A stretch of 64,000 nt of DNA from a virus (taxonomy: Duplodnaviria; Caudoviricetes): positions 1 through 64,000 of the IMG/VR virus record IMGVR_UViG_3300032305_001732; one strand, 5' to 3'. Position 1 is the first letter of the stretch, and every line of letters starts with the position of its first letter. A model generated the notes under the pieces. That model was given only the letters and a program-made list of their open reading frames with translations. It was not told the DNA's origin and did not search any database. Positions 14,149 through 24,916 of this stretch are shown here, piece after piece. The position numbers and the translations under genes are program-made.

Positions 14149-15102
14149 ATGACCACGCCGTATGAATTTGGGAAGTTTGCCGCTGAGCCAAAAGCTCTGC
14201 GGTTTCATGAGCCAGAATCTAGTGTTCCGCCTATAAACATGGCTAATGTAGAAGCCCGCGGTGATTATCATTCTTTCAAACACCGTAACAAATTTCCAAC
14301 CAGTACTTTATTTTCAAGTTTGTTTGGGGCAGAGGGGCTCGACGCCAAAATTTTAAGCAGGCCAGTTTCCGCCGCACTTGGTCACGTAGCGCCGATGCTG
14401 CCTATTCCTGGCGCTTCTTTAATTGGTCCTGCAACTGGCGCGGCTAGCGCTGTAACCAATACGCTGGACGACGTTAATAATTTACGTTATCGGCAAAGCA
14501 TTCAGAGTAGAGTTGATAAGTACAACGCAAATCCAGAGCGCGTCAAAGAAAAGCTGCCGGCTGCTAAAATGAAGGCAAGCCCAACAATTCCAGCTAGCGC
14601 TGTAGATGCTGCTGCCAAATCTATTCCGAAATCTACAGCCCCTGCGAAAACTAGCCCCGCAAAAACCGAAGAGTCTAAATCCACAGAGCCGTCTACTGTC
14701 TCCAAGGTTTTAAACGCCGTAGATCCGCGCAAGATGGACCCTAGATTGCTCGCTGCGCTTGGTATTGGCGGCGTTGGTCTTGGTGCTGGCGCGTATTACC
14801 TCAGCCGTAAGAAAAAGAAGAAGCCAGAAGACAACTCGGAGAAGCAATCAATGCTCAACGATTTAATGCAGTTCGGCGCCAAGGTTGCCCAGTCAACGTG
14901 CTCCCCGTGCGATATGCCTAACGGCCCCGCCAACAAGAAGCACATGACCGGCGCGAGCCCGGCTGTCACAGAAGCCGGCGAGCACTCTGAGGAGTTTGGC
15001 ACGCCTGAGGTCGCTGAGACAGAGCACAGCAACGCCAAGGCCAAGATGCCAGAAGAAGGCGCAAAGTCGGCGTATGCTTTTGGCTACATGCTGGGGCGCT
15101 AA
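14149..15102 (+). CDS. Putative virion protein with K-x-A motifs and glycine-zipper segment
   Basis: GKFAAE, EKQS, AKVAQ, AKSAY; ALGIGGVGLGAGAYYL followed by KKKKK. Confidence 0.75.
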   Translation: MTTPYEFGKFAAEPKALRFHEPESSVPPINMANVEARGDYHSFKHRNKFPTSTLFSSLFGAEGLDAKILSRPVSAALGHVAPMLPIPGASLIGPATGAASAVTNTLDDVNNLRYRQSIQSRVDKYNANPERVKEKLPAAKMKASPTIPASAVDAAAKSIPKSTAPAKTSPAKTEESKSTEPSTVSKVLNAVDPRKMDPRLLAALGIGGVGLGAGAYYLSRKKKKKPEDNSEKQSMLNDLMQFGAKVAQSTCSPCDMPNGPANKKHMTGASPAVTEAGEHSEEFGTPEVAETEHSNAKAKMPEEGAKSAYAFGYMLGR

Positions 15103-15120
15103 ACATACGAGCATAGCCGC

Positions 15121-16848
15121 ATGTTTAACCTAGGCAGCTCTGACACGTGTGCGCGGCTCGGTGAAAGGATCGTGCGCTACGCCTATTTGGGCGAAACGAA
15201 GATTTACACCTGCGGCCAGTGTGATCCGACGGGCACGACTGATCCGTATTTTTCTGCCGTGCTGTTTTTGGCGAATTTCAATGGGAACTATTTTAATTGT
15301 GCGTTGAATGACGCTACGCTGAGCCGCCGCAGTTGGGTCTCCCAGCCGCCTGTGCTTTCAAACACAGTGTATTACACCACGCCAGATGTGGAATATCCGG
15401 AAGAAGCTCTGCAGGGCAGTCTAGATTTCAACGGCAATGGACTGGCGTGGGCGAATTTGACGACTGCGCTAGGGCTTGAGTTCACCGTTGAAGCGTGGGC
15501 ATATCGTACGACGAATCTGAATTACTACAACGATCCGAATTTGATATTTTTCGCGCTGTTTGAGGGTACAGGCGACGCCGTGCAGTATCTCGCCGGACCT
15601 GCAGCGGTGGGTGTGCGAAATAACGTCTGGATATTGAACGGCGTCGGCACTGCTGCGTCCGCGCCAATTTCGACCTGGCAACATGTGGCGCTTGTGGGTC
15701 GCGCGCGTTTAGACTCCACATCGGCTGGCGATCTCACGCTGTATATTGATGGCGTGGAGGCAGCAAAACAGCAATACCAAGCGATTAAAGGAAATTATGG
15801 CGTAGCGACTCCTATCCAGCGCGTGACGCTTGGCTTCGGCAACGGCCCGGAGATTAGCGCCCCCTTTGTTTATTCATTTCCAGGCTACATGGACGATCTG
15901 CGCGTTACGAACCGCGCGCGGTATCTGTCAAATTTCACACCGCCGGTCAGTCCGATGCCGAATGATCAGACGCCTGCGATTTTGAGTTCCAGCAGCTCAT
16001 CCAGCGCATCGGACCCGTATTTTAATAACGTCGAGGTCTTGTTGCACTGTGACGCCGATGCGCCGGCGATAGCTCGGATTAGGGACTCGTCGCAGCACAA
16101 TCGTACGATATATCTTGCTAACATCCTTTCGGTGATGATAAATACGCAGGCCAGCAATCAGAGCCCGATTGGACAGAATCAAAGTGCGTCCAGTCAGCGG
16201 GGTGTGTTAACCTCTGCGAGCCAAGCGTGGTCAGATTACTCTGGCGGTGCGTATATCCAGGCCGCGATTACGGGAAATAATCTCAGCGCGGGTAGCCGTG
16301 ATTACACGCTTGAATTCTGGGCAAAGTTTTCTGGCGGCGGAACGATCATCAGTCCTGCCGTCGGGTTTGGTCTGGGCCAGAATCGACTATTTATACGGGA
16401 TGCTCAAGAGCCGTGGGCCGGTTACGCTCAACGCATGACGATGCAGCTGCAGTACTTGTCTCCTACTGCTGGCGTTGGCATCGTTAATCGCTGGGCGCAC
16501 GACGTCACGCCATACCGCAATACGTGGACACATTACGCGATTAGCCGCGCAAACGGGACGACGCGTGTATTTGTGAATGGCCAGCAGGTGACGCTGGGAA
16601 TTGACAGCGCGACGCAGGAGCCGTGGAATCCGTTTTCCAGCACGGCGGCCTCGATCAACGACGGCGTTGATTTAAATTTTTCATCGTCCCCGTATTTCAC
16701 AAGTTACGGTAGCGACGCCATGGCTTTATTTGGCGTCGGCTATGACCAGATGGCCAACACCTATATTGACGAATTTCGCTATACAGTAGGTGTGGGTAGA
16801 TATACAACCGGTTTCACAGTCCCCACCGTACCGTACCCGAACTCATAA
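15121..16848 (+). CDS. Tandem LamG/concanavalin-A-like domain structural (baseplate/fibre) protein
   Basis: Two DPYF..V.L/FL repeats, FTVEAW/YTLEFW, WQHVALV/WTHYAISR, GYMDDLRVT/YIDEFRYT; poly-Ser linker. Confidence 0.85.
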   Translation: MFNLGSSDTCARLGERIVRYAYLGETKIYTCGQCDPTGTTDPYFSAVLFLANFNGNYFNCALNDATLSRRSWVSQPPVLSNTVYYTTPDVEYPEEALQGSLDFNGNGLAWANLTTALGLEFTVEAWAYRTTNLNYYNDPNLIFFALFEGTGDAVQYLAGPAAVGVRNNVWILNGVGTAASAPISTWQHVALVGRARLDSTSAGDLTLYIDGVEAAKQQYQAIKGNYGVATPIQRVTLGFGNGPEISAPFVYSFPGYMDDLRVTNRARYLSNFTPPVSPMPNDQTPAILSSSSSSSASDPYFNNVEVLLHCDADAPAIARIRDSSQHNRTIYLANILSVMINTQASNQSPIGQNQSASSQRGVLTSASQAWSDYSGGAYIQAAITGNNLSAGSRDYTLEFWAKFSGGGTIISPAVGFGLGQNRLFIRDAQEPWAGYAQRMTMQLQYLSPTAGVGIVNRWAHDVTPYRNTWTHYAISRANGTTRVFVNGQQVTLGIDSATQEPWNPFSSTAASINDGVDLNFSSSPYFTSYGSDAMALFGVGYDQMANTYIDEFRYTVGVGRYTTGFTVPTVPYPNS

Positions 16849-16906
16849 TTGGCGCTGTACGGTATACTGGTACCATAATTAAACTTGGTATGCCCGGAAC
16901 GTTACC

Positions 16907-18151
16907 ATGCCGCAGCCTACTACACCCAACCTGAGCGTCGACACCGCTAGCCAATTAGCGAAAGCAGAGCCGGGCATTACCAATAAAGAGCCCGGATTTG
17001 CTAATACTTATGGCCCCGGCACGAGCTCTCCTGGCGGTATTCTTGCGGCTAGTCTTCCTGCCCTCGGGGTTGGCGGGCTGAGCTTGTTGATGATGTACAG
17101 GCGTTATCTGCAAGACCAGGAAGACCAGAAGAAGCAATTAAAACAGGCTGACTTTACATCCCAGCTACCAGGGCTCCATCCTAAAGACATGCTCTTGGGT
17201 GCAGCTTTGGGCGGAGGCGCTGGGTTGCTTTATGACACAGTCCGCGGCCAGCCAGCCGGCAAGCGCTTATCTACGACGCTTAAGCGCGTTCTTACTGGCG
17301 CGGGAGTCGGAGCTGTTGGGGCAAATGTCGCTGGTGACAGAGCTCGCAGGTATATAACAAACTCTGCGCTCCCTTTCGGCTATGACCAAGAGGGTATGCT
17401 ATCTCAGTTGGCCCCAAGATCAGTAAAGCACGTGTATGACGCGCTGATTGCTGATAAGCCTAGCTATGACCCCAAGGTTGTAGCGGGTTTAAAAGACAGT
17501 TTTAGCGGAGATGCAGCCGCCTTCGACACCGCTATTGCCGCGAGATATGAATTGGGCAGACGTGCTCTAGGCGTGCATACCAATAACGCCATCAAAGATT
17601 TCTGGCAAAAAAACAAAGGCACTGCTGGCCCGGATTATTACTCAGTGAACGAGAAAAATCCTGCGTACTCTAAGAACGTATTGAATCTATATCGCACTTC
17701 GGCACCAGACGGAGCGATGCCAAACGGGCGTGAAACCGTTAATTCTTACAATACATCTCCGGGCGCTTGGCGCATGTCCGACGCTCTGGGCGCGAACACG
17801 TTACTGGGCGAGCAGCAAGTCGTTGTAGACGCTAATGGCCAAGGTCGTGTGGTTGATCGCTATGACGTCACCCCTGCCAAGAAAGATACAGATAAGTTTG
17901 TAAATGCTGTTATGAGTGGTGACGTGCTTAGACCAGGCTGGCACAGAAAGCCCCTTAATGACGCCGGGGTCTACGACAAAGACAAGACGAATCAGACATG
18001 GCTCACGAGTCTATTGGGGCGCATGTTCTGGGATAAAGTGCTGACAGAAGAACATCCTTGGGTCAGTCAGCGTTTCCAATTTACACCCGACCAGACCACC
18101 GGCATGAGCAACCTTGAGTTCCTGCGCGAGTCTGGCAAACCTAGCACGTAG
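16907..18151 (+). CDS. Putative virion protein with K-x-A motif and glycine-zipper segments
   Basis: LKQADF junction; LLGAALGGGAGLLY and GAGVGAVGA segments. Confidence 0.75.
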   Translation: MPQPTTPNLSVDTASQLAKAEPGITNKEPGFANTYGPGTSSPGGILAASLPALGVGGLSLLMMYRRYLQDQEDQKKQLKQADFTSQLPGLHPKDMLLGAALGGGAGLLYDTVRGQPAGKRLSTTLKRVLTGAGVGAVGANVAGDRARRYITNSALPFGYDQEGMLSQLAPRSVKHVYDALIADKPSYDPKVVAGLKDSFSGDAAAFDTAIAARYELGRRALGVHTNNAIKDFWQKNKGTAGPDYYSVNEKNPAYSKNVLNLYRTSAPDGAMPNGRETVNSYNTSPGAWRMSDALGANTLLGEQQVVVDANGQGRVVDRYDVTPAKKDTDKFVNAVMSGDVLRPGWHRKPLNDAGVYDKDKTNQTWLTSLLGRMFWDKVLTEEHPWVSQRFQFTPDQTTGMSNLEFLRESGKPST

Positions 18152-18191
18152 TTTAATTATGTTGTGACGCATTCTGTGCAAGGAGGCACCC

Positions 18192-18998
18192 ATGCATCCA
18201 GTTAACACCCTAAAAATCTATGCTATGGGGCTTCTGTTCCTACTGTTAATGTCAGGAACAGTTTTTGGCGGCACACGAGACCCCAATATTGCCGATCAGC
18301 ATTATGTTGAGTACGGCAAGAAGTTTAAGTCAGTAGTTCGGATTCGCGCGGTGGGGAAAGAGGGGGAGAAGCATTACGCCTCGGCTGTATTAATCAAGCC
18401 GCATTGGGCGCTTACCGCGGGGCACATTCTGCATGGAACAACGGCGCCCTACATTCTGATGGACAACGATGCGCGCCAGATCCCATTGCAGGCGGTAATT
18501 ATTCACAAAGGTTTTAACGACGATCCAATTAAAGGTTTTCCTGATCTCGCCGTTGTGTATTCTGAGCAGGACTTCGGGCTAGAGTTCTACACGCCGCTCT
18601 ACAAACAAAAGGACGAAGCGGGTAAAGTAGCAACGTTGGCCGGCTGTGGTTTGCATGGCACGTTTGAAACAGGTCACGCGTTCGCAGATGTCTTGCGGAG
18701 AGCCGGCAGTAACAAAATAGACCGTGTAAGCGACAGCGTATTATTCTGCACACCAAGTAAAAACGCGTCAGACGGCAAAACCTCTATGGAGTTTTTAATT
18801 GCCCCTGGTGATTCTGGCGGCGGGTTATTTATAGGCAACGAGCTGGCTGGAATTCATTCTTTTATTTCGCGGCCTGGTAGCGCGCCAAACAGCAAGTACG
18901 GCGAAGAATCTGGGCATACGCGTATCAGTTTGTATGCTGATTGGGTAGAATCACAGATCGCCGAGCACGAACTTAAATTAAAAGCAGTTGAGAAATAA
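18192..18998 (+). CDS. Trypsin/chymotrypsin-like serine protease with signal-like N-terminus
   Basis: LTAGH (His), PDLA (Asp), GDSGG (Ser) catalytic triad; AAGGAGG RBS. Confidence 0.9.
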   Translation: MHPVNTLKIYAMGLLFLLLMSGTVFGGTRDPNIADQHYVEYGKKFKSVVRIRAVGKEGEKHYASAVLIKPHWALTAGHILHGTTAPYILMDNDARQIPLQAVIIHKGFNDDPIKGFPDLAVVYSEQDFGLEFYTPLYKQKDEAGKVATLAGCGLHGTFETGHAFADVLRRAGSNKIDRVSDSVLFCTPSKNASDGKTSMEFLIAPGDSGGGLFIGNELAGIHSFISRPGSAPNSKYGEESGHTRISLYADWVESQIAEHELKLKAVEK

Positions 18999-19000
18999 GC

Positions 19001-20884
19001 ATGGCTAACAAGAAGATCTCAGAGTTTGTTACTGCTGCGGCTGTCGGTTCAAGCGTTGTTCCTGTATCAAACGCTGCCGGTACAGTCACGAATAAAGTCA
19101 CGCTGGAATCTATTGCAGCTCTTGGCGGTGGTGCTCCTGCTGACGGGACTGTAGCTACCGCAAAGCTGGCTAATAGCGCGGTGACGTACGCTAAGCTGCA
19201 GAACGTCTCGGCTACAGATAGGTTACTCGGCCGGGCTACAACTGGCGCAGGAGTTGTTGAAGAAATTCCGTGCACTGTATTTGGCCGGTCGCTTTTAGCC
19301 GCCACTACAGCTGCCGCGGCAAAGACGACATTAGCTTTAGCTGCTGTGGCTACGTCTGGCGCTTACAGTGATTTAACTGGTGTGCCAGACCCGCTGTTAA
19401 AGACGGGCGGGACGATCACCGGTAATCTGTTTGTAAACGGCGCTGTTATTGGCGCTGGTGCCCGTTCCGCTTTTGCCGCTAATAACGAACAGTACGCGCT
19501 TGGTGCCCGTTTCGCTCCAGCTGGCGGCGTTGTGTACTTCGGCGCCACGAATGCCACAACTACGCCGGACGTGGCTATCAGTAATGCAGGTGGCGCGACA
19601 TTGATGTTGCTGCAAACCGGCGGCAACGTAGGCATCGGCACAAATAGCCCTACTCAAAGATTAGACGTCAACGGCACCATTACAGCCACTAAAAGCATAG
19701 CGCCATTTGATGTAAGCGCCAGAAGCTACGTGCGTGAGTGGATTGAGCTGCCTAACTTTACGGGTTTGTTGTCTGCTAATAACAGCGCGTACTTCCGGCC
19801 TAATGATGGCGCTTATGGCGGTTGGAAATTCTCTGGCACTCGCAATGGCTGGGCTGGTATTGAGTTTAGCGAGAGCGGCACGTCTTTAATGCAGGATGCT
19901 ACTGGCGAGACATCAGGTTTTCACCGAAATGGCTACGGCTGGCAGTTTTACTGGCAAAACGGAGAGCTGCGTTGTTTTAAAAATCGTTACGGCGGCGGCA
20001 CAAACGCCACGGTGCTCGACAGTGTCAATTATGGAAATTACGTATCGAGCGGCACAAACACAATGGGCGGTCGTTTAACGATCACAAGCAATACACCGGT
20101 TGCGTATGCAGACGCTACCAGCAGCACAATTTATTACACGCCGCACACGTCAAATTATATTTCTCTTTATGACACGGTGGCTGCGCGTTGGGTGTTGTAC
20201 CCGTTCACAGAAGTGAGTTTAAGCGTTGCCGCCCTTGCCGCTAACGTTAACTACGACGTGTTTATTCGCAGAAACGGTGCTAGTTTTGCGCTTGAGACGC
20301 TTGCTTGGACATCAGACACAGCTAGGACAGTAAACAGTTTAACTCTAACGGCTAGCCGGGCGTATGTGAGAACTAGTGATAACTCACAGCGCTATATTGG
20401 CACAATTCGTACGTCGGCTGCGGGCACTATAGCTGACACAGAGTCGTTGCGCTATGTGTGGAACATGGATAACCGCGTTAAACGTTTAGCGCACGCTGAC
20501 AATAACGTGACGCACACATACGCTGGTGCAAATGCTACTTATAGACCTTGGCGTAATTTGTCGGCTACGTCTGCGCTCGGTTTGTCTCGTGTGCAGTTTA
20601 TTACAGGTATGGCGGAAGATCTCGTGCGCTCAGACTGGTATGCCAATACTATGACATCTGGCGGCGCTGGACTTTCTCCGGCATTGGATAGCCGTACAGC
20701 GCCTGTGGGCCTTCTTTACGCTGGCATCCCAGGCCCCACATCGCAGGTGCAGTTAGCCGCAGCAGCCACCGTTACATGGAATCCGTTGTTGGGGTATCAT
20801 TTCGTCGAGATTCTGCAGGGCACACCTACTGGCGCCAGCGGCACATATTACAGCGTATCATTTAACGTAGAAATTTTTAGCTAG
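19001..20884 (+). CDS. Tail fibre protein
   Basis: KISE...V-rich N-terminus, VATSGAYSDL, GGNVGIGTNSPTQRLDVNG and WAGIEF fibre motifs; Ala/Thr/Gly rich. Confidence 0.8.
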   Translation: MANKKISEFVTAAAVGSSVVPVSNAAGTVTNKVTLESIAALGGGAPADGTVATAKLANSAVTYAKLQNVSATDRLLGRATTGAGVVEEIPCTVFGRSLLAATTAAAAKTTLALAAVATSGAYSDLTGVPDPLLKTGGTITGNLFVNGAVIGAGARSAFAANNEQYALGARFAPAGGVVYFGATNATTTPDVAISNAGGATLMLLQTGGNVGIGTNSPTQRLDVNGTITATKSIAPFDVSARSYVREWIELPNFTGLLSANNSAYFRPNDGAYGGWKFSGTRNGWAGIEFSESGTSLMQDATGETSGFHRNGYGWQFYWQNGELRCFKNRYGGGTNATVLDSVNYGNYVSSGTNTMGGRLTITSNTPVAYADATSSTIYYTPHTSNYISLYDTVAARWVLYPFTEVSLSVAALAANVNYDVFIRRNGASFALETLAWTSDTARTVNSLTLTASRAYVRTSDNSQRYIGTIRTSAAGTIADTESLRYVWNMDNRVKRLAHADNNVTHTYAGANATYRPWRNLSATSALGLSRVQFITGMAEDLVRSDWYANTMTSGGAGLSPALDSRTAPVGLLYAGIPGPTSQVQLAAAATVTWNPLLGYHFVEILQGTPTGASGTYYSVSFNVEIFS

Positions 20885-20906
20885 TACTTGATTGAAGGTT
20901 ATCAAT

Positions 20907-21605
20907 ATGGCTGACGATATTGCGCTCGAACTTCCGCTTGATCCTGCCCCGCTGCCGCCGGAGGTAGATACGCCTACGATTGCCCCAGTTGAGTCGTCAT
21001 CGTCCGCAGAGTTTGTTGACACCGCGACTGCCGATATTGCAAACGCGCCTGAAGTTGTGCCACTTGCTGGTGTCGTTGTTGCCGCACCTGTTGTTCCTGT
21101 GCCGACATTGCTGCCGCCGGTTGATCCAATACTTGCCGACGACATGCAAACGCTGCATGCCGCAATCCAGGCAATAACTCCAATTACCGGTTTGTCTATC
21201 ATTAATGACGTGCCCAGTGAGATTGGCTACATCACACCGCCGACGGCTGAGCAGGAAGTGCAAATTGCTGAAGTCATTAGCGGCTGGGATAACCTGCGGG
21301 CTAAAAATGCCCAGCTGCGTGAAATTGAAAATAACTGGCAAACAACTATTGCAGCCGGCTGGCCCACGCCGTATGGCTGGAAACTGGGGCTTACTCCGCA
21401 GGATATCACGCTCCTTACCGGTGCTTTTATTTTGGCGAAAGAGGCCCAAACAATGGGCCTTGCGAGCTCTGGCGTGATTGTGGACACGGACGGGCTTGCG
21501 CATGAGTTGTCTGTGGCTGATTTAACAGGGCTTATGCTGCAATATGGCCAGGCGCGTGCAGCTCTTTCTGCTGCCTATGCCGCGTCAAAGGCTGCTCTTG
21601 GTTAA
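20907..21605 (+). CDS. Tail-fibre-associated/chaperone-like protein
   Basis: Immediately follows fibre gene; Pro-rich N-terminal linker. Confidence 0.55.
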   Translation: MADDIALELPLDPAPLPPEVDTPTIAPVESSSSAEFVDTATADIANAPEVVPLAGVVVAAPVVPVPTLLPPVDPILADDMQTLHAAIQAITPITGLSIINDVPSEIGYITPPTAEQEVQIAEVISGWDNLRAKNAQLREIENNWQTTIAAGWPTPYGWKLGLTPQDITLLTGAFILAKEAQTMGLASSGVIVDTDGLAHELSVADLTGLMLQYGQARAALSAAYAASKAALG

Positions 21606-21649
21606 AATAGCTTTACGGCAGTATTCCTGGCTATAAAGGCTATTGATTC

Positions 21650-24265
21650 ATGAGTGAGCCTGAAGACGACATCACAGACTTAGACATTCAGGCGAGCGCT
21701 GCTGGGGCCGCGTGGGCGAAGCTGGCTGCTGAATTTAAGCCGGACTACACACCAGAGCAGCTTGAGAACTTGGGTGTATATGACGCGTTGTATCGCGGCC
21801 AGGGCCCCAGATTAGCCAGCCTAGGCGAGTGGAAGCCTGAATGGGTGTCTGAGCACGACCCGAAAGGCTGGGCGCAGTGGTATAAGCGCTACACATCTGG
21901 CCGGCGTATTCCTGAAGAAGACGAACGACAAATTAAGCGCTGGGCTAGCTTTAAAGCCCGTCATGGCAGCTCTTTCACTAAGAACCCGACACCCCGTAGA
22001 GGCTGGGCGCTACGTAATTGGGGAATTGACCCCGCCACGTTAGTCGAGCCCGCGGAGCAGCAGGGCGTCACCGAAATGCTGGACGAGTATCAGCGCAAAG
22101 CTATGCAGAAGCATATTGCAGAGAAGCAATCCGCGCTGCTCCCTGAAGTAAACCTCCAGCCGCACCAAGAGCGCATTCAAGACACAGCGCTTGAAGAAAA
22201 CCCGCGCATGCTGGTGTATCACGGGCTTGGTTCTGGTAAATCTTTATCGGCTATTGCCGCTGCGGAAGCCGCTAAGCAGAAATACAACGACGACTACGGA
22301 ATCGTTGCCCCGGCCAGTCTGCGGGGTAACTTTCAGAAAGAAGTTGAGAAGTTTACCGAAGACAGCAAGCCAGAAATTCTTTCATACACCGGGCTTGGTC
22401 TTGGCAAAGACTTTAAAAAGCAGCCCGACACCGTGATCATGGACGAGGCTCACAGACTTCGGAATCCTGGCGGGTCTGCTGCGCAAGCGGCTAAGACAGT
22501 GGCTGACAGGGCTAAGCGTGTGCTGCTCCTTACCGGCAGCCCCATCACGAATTCACCCAGCGACCTTGCAAACTTAATCTCAATCGTCGCCAAGCAGAAT
22601 ATCACACCGAATGACTTTGAGAAGAAGTTCGTTGGGCAGAAGACAGTGCATCCCGGGATATTCAATTATCTTGCTGGCGTAAAGCCTGGTGTGCGCCCTG
22701 TAATCAAGAATGAGGGCGAGCTGCGCAAGCTTCTCGAGGGCCGCGTTGACTATCAGCCCAGTAAGACGCCTGAAGGCGTGAATGTTAACGAAGAGAAGAT
22801 CCAAGTACCGTTAACAAGCGCGCAGCAGAAAATACAAAAAGCACTGCGTACGCAAATTCCGCCGAGCTTCCTCTGGAAGCTTGATAAAGAGTTCCCGCTT
22901 AGCAAAGACGAACTGTCAAAGCTCAATAGCTTTCTGACGGGCTTGCGGCAGAACTCTGTGTCTACTCGGCCTTTCCGCCAAGACTCGGACGCTATCTCTG
23001 CGTTTAATCAGTCAGGGAAGCTGCAGGAAGCGTACAAGCGGCTCAAGGAACTTATTGACTCGGACCCGCGCAAAAAAGCGATTATCTACTCGAATCACAT
23101 TGGTGCAGGTATTGAGCCGTATGCCGCCGCGCTTGATAAGAACAGAATACCCTATGGTGTATTCCATGGCGGTATTCCCACCCGCGTGCGGCAGCAGTCA
23201 CTTAAAGACTACAACGAGGGCAAGCTCCGGGCGCTTTTAATTGGCCCGGCTGGCGCTGAAGGTTTGTCTACTAAGGGTACGAACTTAATCCAGCTTTTAG
23301 ACCCGCACTGGCACGAGTCACGAACACAGCAGGCGCGTGGCCGTGGGCTGCGCTTTGACAGCCACGATGACCTGCCGGAAGAGCTAAAGAACGTAGCTGT
23401 GCAGCGGTTTATCTCCAAGTCTGAAGAGCCTAGCTTCCTTGGTAAACTTATGGGTTATCGCCGCGAACGTACTGGAGACGAGATCTTGGAACGCCTGTCA
23501 AACGAAAAAGAAGTATTTAACGAGCGTTTTCGTGATTTGCTCCGGGAGATTGGCTCACGTAACCACGACAAAACCGCATTTGAATTAGGCCCGAAGCCTG
23601 AGCCCAAATTCGTGCAGGATGGTAAGTGGACACGTTTAGCCGGCACGCCGAAAGCTCCACCACAGGAAGCGCCAAAACCGCTGAGCCCTATGCCCGGGTC
23701 GCTGATGGCGAATAATGTCGAAATTAAACCGCGGCCGCAAATGGTGGCTGCTGGCATGCAGACACCTGAAGACCTTATCCGCACAGGCGTTAAAAAGGTA
23801 ACGGGTTACGACATACCAGCTTTAAGTTACTGCGGCCCGGGTAAAAATTTTGGGCAGGTGGCGTCGTTGGTAGGCATGGGCCAAGACATGTGGAACAACG
23901 GCTTTATGAAAAAGGTAAATGCGGATCTCTCGGCATTCGGCAAAGAAGCCGGTTTTCGCTGGTACAAGCGGTTCCCTGTAAACGACAACGTAGCCGTGAA
24001 CATGAGCCTTGGCGGGCCTTCTGTGACGTTTAAGAAGCTTATCCCTGGTACAAGCTTTACTTTGGGTAATAGAGCGCCTCGTTTATATGTCGGAACGCCC
24101 GTACCGGGCGTAGCGTATCAGCAATACCTGTCGCCTAAAAAGCACAAAATCACGGCGGAAAAGGAATTTAAAGATTCGCCGGAGGATGAGAAAGACCAGC
24201 GCACGACATACGAGAAGATCCGAGACTTCTTGTTTGGCTCTGAGTATGGCCCCGACGCCGAGTAA
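21650..24265 (+). CDS. SNF2/SF2 helicase with appended N- and C-terminal modules
   Basis: HGLGSGKS (I), DEAH (II), LTGSP (III), QARGRGLR (VI); N-terminal HDPKGWAQWY...RQIKRW module; junctions at KQSA, KTAF, KEAG. Confidence 0.9.
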   Translation: MSEPEDDITDLDIQASAAGAAWAKLAAEFKPDYTPEQLENLGVYDALYRGQGPRLASLGEWKPEWVSEHDPKGWAQWYKRYTSGRRIPEEDERQIKRWASFKARHGSSFTKNPTPRRGWALRNWGIDPATLVEPAEQQGVTEMLDEYQRKAMQKHIAEKQSALLPEVNLQPHQERIQDTALEENPRMLVYHGLGSGKSLSAIAAAEAAKQKYNDDYGIVAPASLRGNFQKEVEKFTEDSKPEILSYTGLGLGKDFKKQPDTVIMDEAHRLRNPGGSAAQAAKTVADRAKRVLLLTGSPITNSPSDLANLISIVAKQNITPNDFEKKFVGQKTVHPGIFNYLAGVKPGVRPVIKNEGELRKLLEGRVDYQPSKTPEGVNVNEEKIQVPLTSAQQKIQKALRTQIPPSFLWKLDKEFPLSKDELSKLNSFLTGLRQNSVSTRPFRQDSDAISAFNQSGKLQEAYKRLKELIDSDPRKKAIIYSNHIGAGIEPYAAALDKNRIPYGVFHGGIPTRVRQQSLKDYNEGKLRALLIGPAGAEGLSTKGTNLIQLLDPHWHESRTQQARGRGLRFDSHDDLPEELKNVAVQRFISKSEEPSFLGKLMGYRRERTGDEILERLSNEKEVFNERFRDLLREIGSRNHDKTAFELGPKPEPKFVQDGKWTRLAGTPKAPPQEAPKPLSPMPGSLMANNVEIKPRPQMVAAGMQTPEDLIRTGVKKVTGYDIPALSYCGPGKNFGQVASLVGMGQDMWNNGFMKKVNADLSAFGKEAGFRWYKRFPVNDNVAVNMSLGGPSVTFKKLIPGTSFTLGNRAPRLYVGTPVPGVAYQQYLSPKKHKITAEKEFKDSPEDEKDQRTTYEKIRDFLFGSEYGPDAE

Positions 24266-24320
24266 CCTGTATGCTTAGGTTGCGATATAACCGGCAGGAG
24301 GCCACCCGAGGAGCCAAGGA

Positions 24321-24671
24321 ATGGCAGCCAATTTCACTAATTACCGGAAGCTCGTCTCTGTATTAAAAAAGCACGTCCCGCCGGCGTTTCCTATCTCTAT
24401 TCGGCGTGTGCAGCTCCCCAAGCATATCGAAGGGCGTTGCTGGAAACACGGCAAGACGTTTATTATTGAGATCGACAAGTCTCTCGATCCGGCCCGCGCT
24501 ATTGATGTGTTAATTCACGAGTGGGCGCATGCGCGAGCGTGGAATCACATGCTCGATGAGGCCCAAACGGATGAGGCTTTTAATAAGCTCGCCCACGACG
24601 CTGCGTGGGGTGTAGCATATGCTGAGGTATACGCTAAATACGAGCAGAATTTCGCGCAGGCCGTACTATGA
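24321..24671 (+). CDS. Small HExxH zinc metallopeptidase-like protein (SprT/IrrE-like)
   Basis: LIHEWAH motif. Confidence 0.7.
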   Translation: MAANFTNYRKLVSVLKKHVPPAFPISIRRVQLPKHIEGRCWKHGKTFIIEIDKSLDPARAIDVLIHEWAHARAWNHMLDEAQTDEAFNKLAHDAAWGVAYAEVYAKYEQNFAQAVL

Positions 24672-24916
24672 CCGAATTTAACTGGGCAACCGCCGCACTA
24701 ATTTTTATAACGTACGTCCTGATTGATATCTTATACGCGTGGTACATTATCGCGGTCGGTAAGCGCCAGGAAATACAGGCGTCTGTGGCTAGTTCGCTGT
24801 TGTATAGTCTTTCGGCTTATGGCGTGATCACGTATTCCCGAAATATCACGTATATTGCTTTTTTGGCTGCCGGCGCATTTCTAGGCACGTACATTATCGT
24901 AAAGCTCAAGAAATGA
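24668..24916 (+). CDS. Small 3-TM membrane protein
   Basis: Three hydrophobic segments; ATGA coupling. Confidence 0.75.
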   Translation: MTEFNWATAALIFITYVLIDILYAWYIIAVGKRQEIQASVASSLLYSLSAYGVITYSRNITYIAFLAAGAFLGTYIIVKLKK

